Below are positions 38,747 through 48,457 of a stretch of DNA of 53,735 nt, one piece after another; position 1 is the stretch's first letter, and each line of letters opens with the position of its first letter. The position numbers were made by a program, and so were the translations under genes. Location: the NCBI GenBank assembly GCA_045129455.1, contig JBGVJN010000015.1, positions 1-53,735 on the forward strand, in the 5' to 3' direction. Below the pieces are notes generated by a model. That model was not told the DNA's origin. It saw only the letters and a program-made list of their open reading frames with translations, and searched no databases. This stretch comes from Faecousia sp. (lineage in GTDB: Bacteria > Bacillota > Clostridia > Oscillospirales > Oscillospiraceae).

Positions 38747-38773
38747 GTAAATTATGATTGGAGGAATCCTGTT

Positions 38774-40189
38774 ATGTATCTGTATAATTCCCTGTCCCAT
38801 AAGAAGGAACTGTTCGTTCCCAATGATCCCAACCTGGTGAAGATGTATACCTGCGGCCCTACCGTATATCACTATGCCCATATCGGCAACCTGCGCACCT
38901 ACATCATGGAGGATGTGCTGGAGAAGTCTCTGCGGTATCTGGGCTACAATGTCAAGCGCGTCATGAACATCACCGATGTGGGCCATCTGGCCTCCGACGC
39001 GGATACCGGCGAGGATAAGATGCTCAAGGGTGCCAAGCGGGAGAATAAGTCCGTCATGGACATCGCCCGCTACTATACCGATGCCTTCTTTGCTGATTGC
39101 GAGAAGCTGAACATCAAGAAGCCCGATGTGATCGAGCCTGCCACCAACTGCATCGATGCCTACATTGAGATGGTCCAGAAGCTGCTGGATACCGGTAAGG
39201 CTTACTTCGTGGGCGGCAATGTGTATTTCGATACCTCTACGCTGGATAAGTACTATGTATTCAATGACCATGATGAGGAAGATCTGGCCACCGGCGTCCG
39301 TGAGGGCGTGGAGGAGGATACCAACAAGCGCAATAAGAATGACTTCGTCCTGTGGTTTACCAAGAGTAAGTTTGAAGACCAGGCGCTGAAGTGGGATTCT
39401 CCCTGGGGCGTTGGCTATCCCGGCTGGCATATCGAATGCTCCTGCATTTCCATGAAGCACCTGGGTGAAGATCTGGATATCCATGCCGGCGGTATCGACA
39501 ATGCTTTCCCGCACCATACCAATGAGATCGCCCAGTCCGAAAGCTACCTGGGACACAAGTGGTGCAACTACTGGTTCCATGTGCATCATCTGAACACCGA
39601 TACCGGTAAGATGAGCAAGTCCAAGGGTGAATTCCTCACGGTCTCCCTGCTGGAAAGCAAGGGCTACGATCCCATGGCCTACCGCCTGTTCTGCCTCCAG
39701 AGCCACTACCGCCGCAACCTGGTGTTCAGCTGGGAGAATCTTGACAATGCGGTGGTCGCCTACGACAAGCTGATCGCCAAGATCGCCACGCTGAAAAATG
39801 ACGGGGAAGTGGATGCCGATGCCCTTTCCAAGCTGACCGAGCGCTTTGTGGGCGCACTGAACGGCGACCTGAATACCTCTCTTGCCATCACCGCGTTGTA
39901 CGATGTATTGAAGGCCAAGTGCAACGATGCCACCAAGCTGGCAGCGCTGGCAGATTTCGATAAGGTACTGTCTTTGAACCTGCTGGGTGCCGCGGAAAAG
40001 CTGGCAAAGAAGCAGGCAGAGGAAGAAGCTGCCAACGCCGATCCTGAGATCGACGCGCTGGTGGCTGCCAGAACTGAGGCCAAGAAGGCCAAGAACTGGG
40101 CAGAGGCTGACCGGATCCGTGATGAGCTGAAGGCCCGCGGCATCGAGATCATCGATACTCCCCAGGGCGCCAAGTGGAGAAAAGTATGA
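38774..40189 (+). CDS. cysS: Cysteine--tRNA ligase
   Basis: CGPTVY, HIGN, PGWHIEC and KMSKS motifs. Confidence 0.97.
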   Translation: MYLYNSLSHKKELFVPNDPNLVKMYTCGPTVYHYAHIGNLRTYIMEDVLEKSLRYLGYNVKRVMNITDVGHLASDADTGEDKMLKGAKRENKSVMDIARYYTDAFFADCEKLNIKKPDVIEPATNCIDAYIEMVQKLLDTGKAYFVGGNVYFDTSTLDKYYVFNDHDEEDLATGVREGVEEDTNKRNKNDFVLWFTKSKFEDQALKWDSPWGVGYPGWHIECSCISMKHLGEDLDIHAGGIDNAFPHHTNEIAQSESYLGHKWCNYWFHVHHLNTDTGKMSKSKGEFLTVSLLESKGYDPMAYRLFCLQSHYRRNLVFSWENLDNAVVAYDKLIAKIATLKNDGEVDADALSKLTERFVGALNGDLNTSLAITALYDVLKAKCNDATKLAALADFDKVLSLNLLGAAEKLAKKQAEEEAANADPEIDALVAARTEAKKAKNWAEADRIRDELKARGIEIIDTPQGAKWRKV

Positions 40190-42720
40190 AGCTTCTGATC
40201 CTGGACGGTAATTCCGTTATCAACCGGGCATTTTTCGGTGTCAAGCCCCTTACCACACGGGAGGGGCTTTATACCCATGCCATTTTCGGATTTCTGAATA
40301 TCCTGGAGCGGATGGAAAAGGAAGAGCAGCCGGAAGCGGTGTGCGTTGCCTTTGACCTTCACGGCCCCACCTTCCGTCACCTGCGCTACGATGGCTATAA
40401 GGCCACCCGTCATGGCATGCCCGAGGAGCTGGCGATGCAGATGCCGGTGATGAAGGATGTACTGCGGGCCATGAATATCCCCATCTACGAATGCCAGGGC
40501 TGGGAAGCGGACGATGTGATCGGCACAGTGGGCCGCATCTGCAGCAATAACGGCTGGGAGTGCGTGGTGGTCACCGGTGACCGGGACAGCTTGCAGCTGA
40601 TCGATGAAAATGTCCATGTGAAGCTGGTCATCTCCCGCCCCGGGCAGACTACGGCAACCCTCTACACGGAAGAAAAATTCCGGGAGGAATACGGCTTCGA
40701 GCCCAAGAAGATGGTGGATTTGAAGGCGCTGATGGGCGATTCCTCCGATAATATCCCCGGCGTTGCCGGTGTTGGCCCCAAGACGGCCACGGAGCTTTTG
40801 CTGAAGTTCGGCTCTCTGGACGGAGTTTACGAAAACCTGCAGGATCCCTCCATCCGTCCCAAGCTGCGGGAAAAGCTGGAGGCAGGCAAGGAAAATGCCT
40901 ACCTTTCCTATGAACTGGCCACTATCGTCTGCAAGGCGCCCATCGACTTTGAGCCGAAGGATGCCATCGTGCAGCCCTATAACCGGCCGGAATTGTATCA
41001 GCTGTTCCAGAAGCTGGAGTTTATCCGGCTGATCGACAAGTACGGCCTGCGTGGCGCGGAAGCGGAAGTGCCCAAGGCCCAGATCAAGACCGATGACAAG
41101 CCCCTGCCGCGGCTGGATAGTGTCCCGGCGGACGCACAGCGCCTGGCGGTGTATATCGCCCCGGACGGCTCTTTGGGCATCGCCTGCGAAAAGGGTGTAT
41201 GCGCCCTGACACCTATGGAGGCTCAGATGGGATTTGAGCTGCCCACGGCTGGTGATGTCATCCTGCATGATATGAAATCCACCCTGCACACTCTGGATTC
41301 CATGGGTATCCAGGTGGGAGCCTGCGTTTTCGATACCGCGCTGGCTGCCTATGATCTGAGTCCTTCCCAATCGGATTATCCCGTGTCCAAGCTGGCTACC
41401 ACCTTCCTGGGGATCAGCGTGGAGGACGGCGATGCTGCCGCCTGCGCCGAGGCCGTGTGGAAACTGCAGCCGGTGTTGCTGGAGGAACTGCGCAAACAGG
41501 AAATGGAGCAGCTGTATTTTGACATCGAACTGCCCCTTTGTCCGGTGCTTTACCGGATGGAAAAGGAAGGCATCGCCATCGATGAGGCGCAGCTGCAGCA
41601 GTTCGGCACTATGCTTGCTCAGCGGATCGAAGCTTGCGAGGCGCTGATCTATAGCTATTCCGACGGCCCGTTTAATATCAATTCCACCCGTCAGCTGGGA
41701 GAGCTGCTCTTTGAGAAGCTGGGCCTGCCCCCGGTGAAGAAGACCAAGACCGGCTACTCCACCAATGCGGATGTGCTGGAAAAGCTGAAAAACAAGCACC
41801 CCATCATCCCCGCCATCATGGACTACCGGATGCTGACCAAGCTGAAGTCTACCTATGCCGACGGTCTTATGAAGGTCATCTGTGAGGACGGCCGCATCCG
41901 TACCACCTTCCAGAACCTGGTGACGGCCACCGGCCGTTTGTCTTCCACAGAGCCGAATTTGCAGAATATCCCGGTGCGCACTGATCTGGGTGCGGAGATC
42001 CGGAAGATGTTCGTACCCAAGCCCGGCTGTGTGCTGGTGGATGCGGACTACAGCCAGATCGAACTGCGGGTGCTGGCCCATATCGCCGACGATAAGGTGA
42101 TGCGTGATGCCTTCATCAGCGGCCAGGATATCCACACGGTCACTGCTTCCCAGGTGTTCGGCGTTGCCCCCGAGCAGGTGACGAGCCTGCAGCGGCGGCA
42201 TGCCAAGGCGGTGAATTTCGGCATCGTTTACGGAATTTCGGAGTTTTCCCTGTCGGAGGACATCGGTGTCAGCCGCTGGGAGGCTAAGGAGTATATCGAG
42301 AATTATCTGACCAACTATTCCGGCGTCCGCAGCTATATGAAGCGGGTGGTGGAGGAGGCCAGAGCGGCCGGTTTTACCAAAACCATCTATGGCCGCAAGC
42401 GGGATATCCCGGAGCTGAAGAGCAGCAACTTCAACATCCGCCAGGGTGCGGAGCGCATCGCGCTGAATACCCCCATCCAGGGAACAGCGGCGGATCTGAT
42501 CAAGCTGGCCATGATCCATGTGGACAAGGCCTTGCGGGAAAGCTACCCGGAGGCAAAGCTGCTGCTGCAGGTCCATGACGAGCTGATCGTGGAATGCCCC
42601 GAGGAGATGGCGGAGGAGGTTGCCGCCCTGGTCAGCACCCAGATGCAGCAGGTGGCGCAGCTGAGCGTGCCGCTGACCGCGGAGGCAAAGTACGGAAAGA
42701 GCTGGTATGACGCAAAATGA
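40186..42720 (+). CDS. polA: DNA polymerase I
   Basis: EADDVIG, GDSSDNIPG, TGRLSS, DYSQIELR and QVHDEL motifs. Confidence 0.97.
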   Translation: MKLLILDGNSVINRAFFGVKPLTTREGLYTHAIFGFLNILERMEKEEQPEAVCVAFDLHGPTFRHLRYDGYKATRHGMPEELAMQMPVMKDVLRAMNIPIYECQGWEADDVIGTVGRICSNNGWECVVVTGDRDSLQLIDENVHVKLVISRPGQTTATLYTEEKFREEYGFEPKKMVDLKALMGDSSDNIPGVAGVGPKTATELLLKFGSLDGVYENLQDPSIRPKLREKLEAGKENAYLSYELATIVCKAPIDFEPKDAIVQPYNRPELYQLFQKLEFIRLIDKYGLRGAEAEVPKAQIKTDDKPLPRLDSVPADAQRLAVYIAPDGSLGIACEKGVCALTPMEAQMGFELPTAGDVILHDMKSTLHTLDSMGIQVGACVFDTALAAYDLSPSQSDYPVSKLATTFLGISVEDGDAAACAEAVWKLQPVLLEELRKQEMEQLYFDIELPLCPVLYRMEKEGIAIDEAQLQQFGTMLAQRIEACEALIYSYSDGPFNINSTRQLGELLFEKLGLPPVKKTKTGYSTNADVLEKLKNKHPIIPAIMDYRMLTKLKSTYADGLMKVICEDGRIRTTFQNLVTATGRLSSTEPNLQNIPVRTDLGAEIRKMFVPKPGCVLVDADYSQIELRVLAHIADDKVMRDAFISGQDIHTVTASQVFGVAPEQVTSLQRRHAKAVNFGIVYGISEFSLSEDIGVSRWEAKEYIENYLTNYSGVRSYMKRVVEEARAAGFTKTIYGRKRDIPELKSSNFNIRQGAERIALNTPIQGTAADLIKLAMIHVDKALRESYPEAKLLLQVHDELIVECPEEMAEEVAALVSTQMQQVAQLSVPLTAEAKYGKSWYDAK

Positions 42721-43160
42721 TCCGATATGAATTGATGAATGAAGCCCATGTGGCTCAAATCGCCCAGCTGGAAAAGCGCTGCTTTTCCGATCCCTGGAGT
42801 GAGAACAGTATCCGCAGCGAGCTGACCGGCCGCCTTTCCCTGTGGGTGGTGGCGCTGGTCGGCGACACGGTTGCGGGCTATATCGGCTCCCAGAGCGTGC
42901 TGGGAGAATCGGATATGATGAATGTGGCAGTGGCACCGGAGTACCGCCGCCGGGGCATTGCCCAGGCGCTGATCCTGGAGCTGATCCGCCGCCTTTCCCA
43001 GCAGGGAAACCGCAGTCTGATGCTGGAGGTGCGTGCTTCCAATACCCCTGCCATCACCCTGTACCATAAGCTGGGCTTTGCCCAGGTGGGTCGCAGACCC
43101 AACTATTACCGAAATCCCAAAGAGGATGCACTGATCCTGAGAAAGGAGTGGGAAGTATGA
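42717..43160 (+). CDS. rimI: Ribosomal-protein-alanine N-acetyltransferase
   Basis: NVAV..RRRGIA, LEVRASN and RPNYY..EDA motifs. Confidence 0.92.
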   Translation: MIRYELMNEAHVAQIAQLEKRCFSDPWSENSIRSELTGRLSLWVVALVGDTVAGYIGSQSVLGESDMMNVAVAPEYRRRGIAQALILELIRRLSQQGNRSLMLEVRASNTPAITLYHKLGFAQVGRRPNYYRNPKEDALILRKEWEV

Positions 43161-44173
43161 ATATTCTGGCAATTGAATCGTCTTGTGATGAAACTGCCGT
43201 AGCCATCGTCCGTGATGGAAGAGAAGTGCTTTGCGATTGTATTGCTTCCCAGGTGGAGCTGCACCGGATCTACGGCGGCGTGGTGCCGGAGATCGCCTCC
43301 CGCAAGCATATGGAGGCCATCTACGGCCTTGCGGAGGAAGCTCTGGAGAGAACGGGGCTGACCCGCGGAGATATCGACGCGGTGGCCGTGACCTATGCGC
43401 CCGGTCTCATCGGCGCGGTGCTGGTAGGCGTGAATTTTGCTAAAGCAGCTGCGCTGGCGCTGAATAAGCCTCTGATCCCGGTGCATCATATCCGTGGCCA
43501 TATCGCTGCCAACTATATCGCCTATCCGCAGCTGGAGCCGCCGTTTCTGTGTTTGGTGGTCTCCGGCGGTCATACCATGATCGTCCATGTGGAGGACTAC
43601 ACCAAAATGCGCATCCTGGGCACGACCCTGGACGATGCCGCCGGTGAGTCTTTCGACAAGGTGGCAAGAGTCCTGGACATGCCCTATCCCGGCGGCGCTG
43701 CCCTTGACCGTACGGCCCAAGGCGGCAACGACCAGGCCTATCCGCTGCCCAGAAGCAAGCCCGGCGCCAATCCCTATGATATGAGCTTTTCCGGCTTGAA
43801 GACGGCAGCGCTGAACCTGATCCACCATGCCGAGCAGGTAGGGGAGCAGTTGGATATTCCCGGCCTGTGCGCATCTTTCAGTGCGGCGGTGTCCGATACG
43901 CTGGTACCCCGTGTGGTGATGGCGCTGGAGGAGACAGGCCTGAAAAAGGTCGCGGTGGCCGGCGGTGTGGCTGCCAACTCCCGGATCCGGGCGGATATCC
44001 TGGCGGCAGCTGAGAAACTGGGAGCGCAGGTGTATATGCCGCCCCTTTCCCTGTGCGGCGACAACGCTGCCATGATCGGCGCCCAGGCGTACTATGAGTA
44101 TCTGGCGGGAAATACCGCGGATATGAGCCTCAACGCCTACGCTACCAAGTCCATTCTTGGAGAAACTATCTAA
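43157..44173 (+). CDS. tsaD: tRNA N6-threonylcarbamoyltransferase TsaD
   Basis: ESSCDET, GGVVPEIASRKH, SGGHT, DDAAGE and DNAAMI motifs. Confidence 0.96.
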   Translation: MNILAIESSCDETAVAIVRDGREVLCDCIASQVELHRIYGGVVPEIASRKHMEAIYGLAEEALERTGLTRGDIDAVAVTYAPGLIGAVLVGVNFAKAAALALNKPLIPVHHIRGHIAANYIAYPQLEPPFLCLVVSGGHTMIVHVEDYTKMRILGTTLDDAAGESFDKVARVLDMPYPGGAALDRTAQGGNDQAYPLPRSKPGANPYDMSFSGLKTAALNLIHHAEQVGEQLDIPGLCASFSAAVSDTLVPRVVMALEETGLKKVAVAGGVAANSRIRADILAAAEKLGAQVYMPPLSLCGDNAAMIGAQAYYEYLAGNTADMSLNAYATKSILGETI

Positions 44174-44205
44174 TACAGAGTGCAGGAGATTCGAGGATCT
44201 CCTGC

Positions 44206-44512
44206 ATTTTTCTTTGTATTTTTCTATATACATATACATTATGTATAAACAGATTATGGAAATTCGGGAATACGCCAAAAATATGTGAAAATTGTTTGAA
44301 TTATCTGTGAATTGACAGAAAAACCCCAATTTCGACAAGGGAGAAAATGGGGTAACAGCTGTGGAAAAGTCTGTGGAAAGTGTGAATAACTTTTTGAATA
44401 AGCCGGTTATTTTGGTGTTATGGTAACGGTATTCAGTAAACCTATTCACGAAATTTTGAACTTTTTAAGGAAAAATGTCGAAAAATGTCCCAGGTTTTTC
44501 GGGTTATCCACA
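44206..44512. promoter_or_regulatory. AT-rich DnaA-box cluster with two Spo0A boxes
   Basis: TGTGGAAAA 44360, TGTGGAAAG 44372, TGTGAATAA 44381, TTATCCACA 44504 plus degenerate boxes; TTCGACA 44331 and TGTCGAA 44476. Confidence 0.7.
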
Positions 44513-44597
44513 GCCTCCTTTCCGGCGGGGTGGGTTTGTTGACAAAAGGAGACCTCCGTGCTACAATCCTCGTAAATTCTATGGGAGGTGGGGAAGT

Positions 44598-45089
44598 ATG
44601 CTGATCCTTGCAAAGAATATGTCCCAGCTTCGCTTTGGCAGTCTTATGGAAGTGTATACGGAAGGGAATCGGGAAAACGGCGCGGATCTCTATGCCCACC
44701 TTCCCTCTGAGCAGGCGCTGGCCCAGGCGGAGCAGGACTTTTACCAGTACCTCAGAGAAGTGTTCTTCCCAACGGATGGGGTCGTATACGCCATCTGGGA
44801 GGCTGAGGGAAGATATGTCAGCGCCCTGCGCCTGGAGCCATACCGGGATGGTTTGCTTTTGGAGGCGCTGGAGACAGCGCCGGATCAGCGCAGAAAGGGC
44901 TACGGAAGAAGGCTGATCCTGTCCGTGCAGGAGCAATTCCCCGGCGTGAAGATCTACTCCCATGTGCATAAGCGGAATCTTCCGTCCCTGGCGATCCATG
45001 AAAAGTGCGGCTTTCGCAGGATCTCGGAGCAGGCGGTGTATATCGACGGCTCTGTCAACAGCCGCGCCTGCACCCTTTGTTATGAATAA
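44598..45089 (+). CDS. GNAT family acetyltransferase
   Basis: RRKGYG and NLPSLAIHEKCGF motifs. Confidence 0.88.
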   Translation: MLILAKNMSQLRFGSLMEVYTEGNRENGADLYAHLPSEQALAQAEQDFYQYLREVFFPTDGVVYAIWEAEGRYVSALRLEPYRDGLLLEALETAPDQRRKGYGRRLILSVQEQFPGVKIYSHVHKRNLPSLAIHEKCGFRRISEQAVYIDGSVNSRACTLCYE

Positions 45090-45131
45090 AAGCGCAGCCT
45101 TCCTTGGGTTTAAGACCGGGAAGGCTGCGAT

Positions 45132-45764
45132 TTATTTTGTTGTCCGATAAGTAAATAGGTCAAACTGCTCGATACCCATAGAGAAAAGAAAATCACGACT
45201 TTTCTGTCTTTGCTTTTCCGTGTTGTAGTCGGGGATCAACGGGACTCTTACGATGATTCTTTGCGGTCCAATGAGTTGGAGTAGTTTCTTTAGATTCTCT
45301 ATCATGAGTTGGTTGTTCCTGCCGGTGTATTTTAGATAGACCTCCGGGTCAGTATCCTTGCAATCCACATAGAATACATCGATGCATTCGGCGGCTACAG
45401 CTACATTCTCCCAAGGTACGGCAAGAGAAGTTTCTGCGCAAAGATGCCAGCGATCACCGCAGAGCCTGCGAAACTCCTGCAAAAAAGGTGCATACAGCAG
45501 AGGCTCTCCGCCGCCGAAGGTGATCCCGCCGCCCGTGGCAAGAAAGTAAAGATCATCGATCCGAACCTTATCAAAGAGCTCTTGCGCTGTCATCTCTGTG
45601 CGCTTGGTATCTGGCGAATAAGAAAATGGATTGATGCACCATTTGCAGCGCAGCGGGCAGCCGTGAAAGCAGACAAGGGTAGTGATGCCCTGACCGTCGG
45701 TTTGCATCCGATGTCTTGCCCAGGCGATCACAGGCGCGGTCATGCGCGGATCACCATCCGCCAT
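45132..45764 (-). CDS. Radical SAM protein, PFL-activase-like
   Basis: DGQGITT, GCPLRCKWCINP, GGITFGGGEP and RVPLIP motifs. Confidence 0.9.
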   Translation of the reverse strand: MADGDPRMTAPVIAWARHRMQTDGQGITTLVCFHGCPLRCKWCINPFSYSPDTKRTEMTAQELFDKVRIDDLYFLATGGGITFGGGEPLLYAPFLQEFRRLCGDRWHLCAETSLAVPWENVAVAAECIDVFYVDCKDTDPEVYLKYTGRNNQLMIENLKKLLQLIGPQRIIVRVPLIPDYNTEKQRQKSRDFLFSMGIEQFDLFTYRTTK

Positions 45765-46170
45765 CGGTGCTCTCCTGTGTGGGGTCCGGCACAAGGTCAC
45801 CCATCAGTTCGTAGTCTCCGGGTTCCGGGATCTCGCCCATGTCAGGCAGCTCTGTGTTTTCCGGCGTAACGATCTCACTTTCTGCTGGTGGGGCCATCAT
45901 TCCCTGAGTAGCGCCGATAGGTGGTGAATCACAGCCGACTGTACCTACCATAAGTGTTGCTGCTAACCCGGCAATTGCGATGGCTTTTCCCATTGCCTGC
46001 CGCTTTCTCAGTTCGTCCTCAAGATAGCGCAGTTCAGCCTCACATTTGGGGCAGGTACCGCTACACTCACCTTGAAACTTACATTCTGTGGCAATGTATT
46101 CGATTTCGTTATCCTGTGCGATCTGCCTGCGAATATCCTTGAGGATCTTGCATTTACTCTTTCCGTTCAT
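45751..46170 (-). CDS. Cys-rich N-domain membrane/lipoprotein with acidic tail
   Basis: CKILKDIRRQIA..CKFQGECSGTCPKCEAE; hydrophobic segment ending TVGC. Confidence 0.8.
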   Translation of the reverse strand: MNGKSKCKILKDIRRQIAQDNEIEYIATECKFQGECSGTCPKCEAELRYLEDELRKRQAMGKAIAIAGLAATLMVGTVGCDSPPIGATQGMMAPPAESEIVTPENTELPDMGEIPEPGDYELMGDLVPDPTQESTDGGW

Positions 46171-46396
46171 AACCCTGCCCCTTTCAGTAATAATATCCTT
46201 CCGATTTAGATACGAAGCAACCTGCGATTTTGCTCACTGAAATTTCCGCGGAGACATTGTTGATACAAACATCATATCATGGTATCCTTTGCAGAGCAAG
46301 AGGATTCTGGAAAAGAACCATTTTATCTTGACTATTTACGGCGAAAAAGATACAATCTGTTGTAGATAATACAGAAACGGGCTGAGGTGATATGTC

Positions 46397-47080
46397 TTGA
46401 AACAGTACAAATATCAAATGCACGCCCATACCCATCCCTGCAGCGCCTGCTCCCGTCTGTCTCCGGAGGAGCTGGTGGAGAGCCTGCGTGCCGGCGGGTA
46501 TGCCGGCTGCGTGATCACCAATCATTTCCTTCACGGCAATACCGGCATCGACCGCCGCCTTGCCTGGGAGGATTTCGTGGCATACTACGAAAGAGACTAC
46601 CTGGAGTGCAAAGAACTGGCGAAGAAGTACGATATCGACATCCTGTTTGGTGTAGAGGAGGGCGTTGGCGGCGCTTTGGAGATCCTTTGCTACGGTATCA
46701 CGCCGGAGCTTCTGTACCGCAATCCCAAGCTGGCTGATGGCAAGCTGAAGGATTGGTACCGGGTGATGAAGGCTGAGGGGGCTGTGTGCATCCAGGCCCA
46801 TCCCTATCGGGAACGCAACTATATTCCTCAGCCGGGTCTGCTTCCTTTGGAGCTGATCGACGGTATTGAGATCACCAACACGGGCAATATGGAAAAGAAC
46901 AATCTGGAAGCGGAAGAGGCTGCCAAGGAGCACCCGGAATGGATCCTGGTGGCCGGCGGCGATTGCCACACGGTGGACCGGGTATGCAGTGGCGGCATTG
47001 CCACCAATGTGCGTATCCGCACCGAGCAGCAGCTGGCGCAGGTGCTGCGATCCGGGGAATTCTCTTTGATCACAAAATAA
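46397..47080 (+). CDS. PHP-domain metallophosphoesterase
   Basis: HAHT, TNH, AHP and GGDCH motifs. Confidence 0.88.
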   Translation: MKQYKYQMHAHTHPCSACSRLSPEELVESLRAGGYAGCVITNHFLHGNTGIDRRLAWEDFVAYYERDYLECKELAKKYDIDILFGVEEGVGGALEILCYGITPELLYRNPKLADGKLKDWYRVMKAEGAVCIQAHPYRERNYIPQPGLLPLELIDGIEITNTGNMEKNNLEAEEAAKEHPEWILVAGGDCHTVDRVCSGGIATNVRIRTEQQLAQVLRSGEFSLITK

Positions 47081-47113
47081 GAAAACAGCCATCCGACGGA
47101 TGGCTGTTACTTT

Positions 47114-47890
47114 TTAGTTGGTTACCTTGGTGCGAAGGGGCAGCAGCTTGCTGACGCAGCGGCTGAGCAGCCGGTGCAGCCAGTAGCACCCGATCACAAA
47201 GGCCAGATCCAGAGTGATAACGATAAGCACATATAGTACCTGGGTCAAACCAGTGCCCAGGACACCCTGCAGGTTTTGCCGCACCTGCTCCAGAGGAGCA
47301 ATGTTGCACTGGTAGAAATTATTGAAGTTGGTTTTTAACAGCTGGGCTGCGGTGGCACCGATGACGCAGTAGGTGAGCGTGGCCAAAGCGACCGGCTTCT
47401 GCTCCGCGGCGCTGCCGGGAGTGTAAAGCTCCAGCATCAGGATCAAAAGGTACGCAAACAGGGCAATGTTGTGGAAGGCTACCGTGTGGAAGGAGAAGAA
47501 ATCGTCAAAGAAATGCTCGATATTGTATGCGCTGTAAATGAGGTCCGGGTAGATGACGGTCAGCAAGAAAACGGACATGGCATATACGGATCCAATGGCA
47601 CGGACATTCTGCCGATGCTTGCCGTTGTAGAATGCCATCAGCGGCAGCATCAGGATCAGCAGGGAGCAAAAATGCAGGGGGATGTGGTAAAGGTCATAGC
47701 CCCGTGCCATAGAGATCGTTTGCTTAGCGATCTCCAAAAGCAGAATGCAGACGGCCACGATCTGCAAAGGAATTCTGCGGACCTTATTGGATTTGCCTGC
47801 AAGCAGATAACGAAGAGCAACGGCTGCGATGACCATAATGATCACGGCGGGAAGCAAAGTATGCACATGGGCGGGAGTCCAGAGCTGCAT
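47114..47890 (-). CDS. YwaF-like integral membrane protein
   Basis: PLHFCS, FH...H and NFNNF motifs; multiple TM helices. Confidence 0.75.
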   Translation of the reverse strand: MQLWTPAHVHTLLPAVIIMVIAAVALRYLLAGKSNKVRRIPLQIVAVCILLLEIAKQTISMARGYDLYHIPLHFCSLLILMLPLMAFYNGKHRQNVRAIGSVYAMSVFLLTVIYPDLIYSAYNIEHFFDDFFSFHTVAFHNIALFAYLLILMLELYTPGSAAEQKPVALATLTYCVIGATAAQLLKTNFNNFYQCNIAPLEQVRQNLQGVLGTGLTQVLYVLIVITLDLAFVIGCYWLHRLLSRCVSKLLPLRTKVTN

Positions 47891-48010
47891 GATCTCACCT
47901 CGTTGGAAGAATATCAACACCATTTTAGCAAAGGGGAAATGGAAATACTATAGGGGCTTTCCTAAGATATTCTTAAGTTTTGTCGGATTATGTAAGAATT
48001 GGGAAACAGG

Positions 48011-48263
48011 AAACAGTCCACCGGACTGTTTTTTGGTCCGCCTTTCGAGTCCCATCTCTCGCAAATTACCAAAAAAGAACATCACCCAAAGGGTGCTTGA
48101 GCAAATGAAAGTCAGATCTTATCCACATCCCTACGGGATGCGTCTAAGATCTGAGGGACTCTCCCACGGCGGGAAAACAGTCCCCCGGACTGTTTTTTGA
48201 TCCGCCTTTCGAGTCCCATCTCTGCACAAAAAATGAGCCGCCCCGAAGGGGCAGCTCATTTTT
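48011..48263. repeat. Two repeat units behind tRNA-Leu, each with an inverted copy of the tRNA 3' end and an ACAGTCC/GGACTGT palindrome
   Basis: AAACAGTCC(A/C)CCGGACTGTTTTTTG.TCCGCCTTTCGAGTCCCATCTCT at ~48011 and ~48175. Confidence 0.85.
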
Positions 48264-48346
48264 TGGTGCGAGAGATGGGACTCGAACCCACACGGCGAAA
48301 CCACACGCACCTCAAACGTGCTTGTCTACCATTCCAACACTCTCGC
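48264..48346 (-). tRNA. tRNA-Leu(GAG)
   Basis: GCGAGAG acceptor, anticodon loop TTGAGGT, long variable arm, GGTTCGAGTCC, encoded CCA. Confidence 0.96.
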
Positions 48347-48457
48347 GAACGCTTGAATATTATACCACAGTTGCACCTTTTGTCAATATCTTTTTATGAA
48401 TCTCTTGCAAATCCTGCCTTCCTTTGCTACACTATGGAAAAAGAGAGGAGTGGCGAA

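Noticed and set aside
44222-44249. dif (XerC/D) site TTCTATATACA-TATACA-TTATGTATAAA
   Set aside because: The right arm and spacer resemble Firmicute dif, but the left arm is poor and the tract is generally AT-rich; cannot be supported without whole-genome skew
48197-48457. N-terminal extension of RsmE (similarly the extended starts of TrpB, CysS, MntP, CopA and the GNAT gene in the ORF track)
   Set aside because: They overlap tRNA, riboswitch or promoter sequence; RBS-supported downstream ATGs were chosen instead
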